Assembly: GCA_036172245.1 (NCBI GenBank)
Contig: JAYWIR010000039.1
Span: 868,001 to 932,000, forward strand
DNA: 64,000 nt
DNA from: Raillietiella orientalis
Lineage: Eukaryota
Direction of reading: 5' to 3'
The notes below the pieces were generated by a model. The model was given only the letters and a program-made list of their open reading frames with translations. It was not told where the DNA came from and did not search any database. The position numbers and the translations under genes were made by a program. Below are positions 60,900-64,000 of the stretch, piece after piece (the first letter of the stretch is position 1; each line of letters opens with the position of its first letter).

Positions 60900-61950
60900 T
60901 GTTCATTGTTGCGCTTCCTTTCCGGTTGCAGAGAACGTGATCGCGGTATGATGACCAGAGAGATTGACGAACCAGAGATTTTCCTGCTTCGCTAATGAGC
61001 ATCGGTGCGCCCCGGATGTGAGTCGCCGATGGCGCACTGGCCCGGAGTGTCACCTGGTGAACCTTCTCTCTTCCAAGGATAGAAGCCTAGTGATTGGCTA
61101 GGACTTATCATTGTGCTTGGATTGTCTCGCTTTCCGACTCGAGTCTTCCACACATGTTTCCGGTTGACACTTTCTTGTACATCAAGAACTTCCGCTTCCG
61201 GACAAGGAGTGTTGCGACCCTGCCTTTCTCACGGCTTATCTCCCAAATCTTCTGTCTCAGAGAATGCATGCCATCAGTCTCGAGAGAACACGTCATCTCG
61301 GGTTTCGTGCGCTTTCCTGCACCTGATCCATGCAATTGGTAGCTTTCGATCTAAAAGTTCCAAGTGACCGAGTGCCTGCTGGGTTCGCCTTGCCTTTGGT
61401 GGCAGTAGCCTGTGCACGAATGGAATGCCAGCAATGGGCAGTGGACGCCCAGCACGTAGGAAGCCGTCAAGGGGGAAATTCAAGGGAGAAAAAACAGAAG
61501 CTGCAACAAGTAAAAGAATTCGAGTTCTTTTTGGAGGGCCTCAGGGTGATTCGCAGTGAAAGAGTACCTATCAAGGGGGATGCAAAGTAGATGATCCCTT
61601 AGGAGAGCAGAGGGGTAATACAATGGTTCCATCAACCTAGAAGATGGAAAACGGTGTAGCTCCAAGTTGCGTCCATAGTAAGTGTCCTGGCAACGTCCTG
61701 ACTCACGCTACCTTCATGTTTTTCTGCCTGTCAACAAGAAATCCCAATTTCTCTGGACACTTCGCCGTTCTTCGGGTCCCAGGTTCCCAGGAGGGCTACC
61801 AGTACTGCTCTTATCCAGGCCAGTGTTTTTCTGTCCACGAAGGAGGGATACAGCTCCTTGTAATCTCCTCTTTTCTCTAACGCTTCCTGCAATGCTGTAG
61901 CTGCGTTCTAACGTGGTCAGGGGACGTCGAAGAAGACGAGTCGAATTTTC
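60900..61950 (+). mobile_element. Decayed L1/Tx1-like RT remnant
   Basis: 'LVAFDLKVPSDRVPAGFALPL...QQWAV' resembles LDxEKAFDRV...FL...WV. Confidence 0.5.
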
Positions 61951-63199
61951 ATTCTGGGGCACCCTCTCTGGCCGCCGAAGTCATGAGTCGACCCGGTGTT
62001 GGTTGGCTGGAGGGCACCAGCTCTTCATTTTTCTCACGTTTGCTTCTGGCAATGTCATGCGTCTGAGATAAACCCCTAGCATTCTCATGTCAAGAAGGAA
62101 CATTCTCTATTCTCATGACTCCTTATGAGTTTTCACATGCAAAGTTTTCCTATTCTTAAGGTCTTTGAGTAAAATTAACTCGCAGTTGAACTCCCGAGAT
62201 GAACTCGTACACCAAACACGATGTACGAGTTCGTCTCGGCATGCGTACCTCGTTAGTTCAAGCAGCATCCACATAAAGAGGTTGAGGTTGCGCTATTTTT
62301 TCAATTCTGAAGATGAGAATAGATTACGTGCTCGGATGGAAGCTTTCTTCTACCTCACCTAACCCAACCTGACCTCCCCTCTATCCTACTGTCAGCATTC
62401 GTGCTTTCATCTCTTTAAACGACCTTCCATTCTGGAATATGGCATGAAATCACGAACACAGCATCTATCTTCATCACATCTTTGCCTTCATCCAAGGAGG
62501 AATGAGATTTTCCGAAACAAGCAACAAAGGATTGGTCCATTAGAGGAAAAAACCTTTCCAGCGTCGTGAGATTATTCCAGCGTCGAGCCCGCAAGCAGTA
62601 CTTAATTTCACAGAGCGCATCTGAAAGACTACACTTATGCGATGGAGAAAGATGCTTTCGATAATATGATACTGCTGGTTGTAATCAGAGACTTTTCTCT
62701 TGCACTTTCTGCGTCTCTTACCCTAGGTTCAAGATGCCTGAGTATCTTCAGTGCTTCTGAATTTTGTATAATGTTCTCTCGATATACTTAACGTCATGAA
62801 TAATAGCGGGAATGTGTCTCCACGAGTTTAAGACCTTCTTTACCGAGTGGGTAAACCACACTTTGAGAGGAATTGCAAACATCTGAACAATTTGCGTTGT
62901 TCATAACAGGCGAATGAAAAGGAAAATTCCACGGCACTCTTCTTGGAGACACGGATGCGCGAGATTTCGAGTTTTCTTCCTATCGCTAGCTGAGAACTTC
63001 AAAACGACACTTTTAAAGGCTGCCGAATTTTCCAAAGTGTTTTGCCGTGCCAGAAGGCGTAACCCAGAGAACAGAGGTTACACCGTGGGTTTCGATTGCC
63101 TCTCAACAGGATGGCGTAGGTTGGCCTGGTTTCCATCTGGTTATGAAAATGGAGCCTTCCTCTTCCTCGAGGGAGAATCCTCCATCATGTAGCATGGAG

Positions 63200-63800
63200 T
63201 TGGTTGGTTGACCCCTCTCCAGAGTGTCAAGAAGCGCGCTGCTCTCTTCGGAGAGCAAACCCTTCAGAGAAATTGGGAAGCGTCCCTCTGGGGTTGTCTT
63301 CAGAGGGGTAACAACGAGCGGTTCCCTTGAGGGTTCTCTCCGGAGAAGAAATTCCGGAGCCGCCCCCTCCGTTGGGCCCCTACGAAGAGAATGAGGAAAA
63401 ATGCATTAGCAAATGAAATTTGCGTGTCAGGATTGAGCGGGAAACTGAATGAATAAGACATGTTTACGGCCATCATAGGTGAAGCTGATGCCTCCTTGAC
63501 TGAGCAGTTAGGCACGCCAAAAGCTACCCACAATCTCAGGAACATTGATTTAAATTTATTACATATATTGAATGCTCAAAGAATCGAACCATCTGACCAT
63601 CTGGGCGAAACTTCGCCGGCAATTCATTTCAGCTGGAGATCGCATCCCGGCTGTGTTGGACGCTGGAGCCCAACATGCCCTTCTTTATTCTTTCTGCCTC
63701 CGTTCAGGGATGTCGAGTTCTCTGAACTGATCCTCCTCCGAGTCCTAGAGATCTTGCATGAATGGTATTGGAAGACTCTTGAAATTGTTCGTTTCTAGAG
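63200..63800 (-). mobile_element. Possible endonuclease remnant
   Basis: 'DGQMVRF...LWVAFGVPNCSVKE' resembles GR......VYAPN...E. Confidence 0.3.
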
Positions 63801-64000
63801 GTTGTTGACTGATGTTTTTGAATGGTTTCATTAATGAAAACAACTAGGGGGGCGCAACTGTCGTTTAGTGCCTGGTTACCAGAAGCTGTAGAGGCACTTT
63901 ACCACCCTCCATGCTCTTACCGAAGCCTGAAGGCGAAGAACAGAGATAATTGCCTTTTTGCCGCGCTTCTTCCAGAGTTGCTATCGATTTCTCCTTATGT

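Overview
Eukaryotic (most likely invertebrate animal) genomic DNA; no rRNA, tRNA, CRISPR or operon structure seen. Most of the window is a dense mosaic of decayed non-LTR retrotransposon fragments on both strands (L1/Tx1-like ORF1 zinc knuckles, APE endonuclease, RT and C-terminal Cys/His segments; also R2/NeSL/Utopia-like restriction-like endonuclease tails), with slivers of DNA transposons. Host genes I can support: an intact single-coding-exon HemK2/N6AMT1 methyltransferase (11871-12551, +) in an AT-rich, CpG-depleted island; a three-exon secreted fasciclin (FAS1)-domain gene that only appears after manual splicing (33406-31637, -); and a frameshifted small heat-shock protein copy (52197-51755, -). 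Structural highlights: a ~790-bp near-identical, indel-free inverted repeat (23566-24356 / 34919-35709) enclosing 10.6 kb that contains the FAS1 gene, and a nested, internally inverted Tx1-like locus at 52.2-58.9 kb. Most ORFs in the supplied track are spurious frames over GC-rich TE remnants. All calls are by eye; TE boundaries are approximate.
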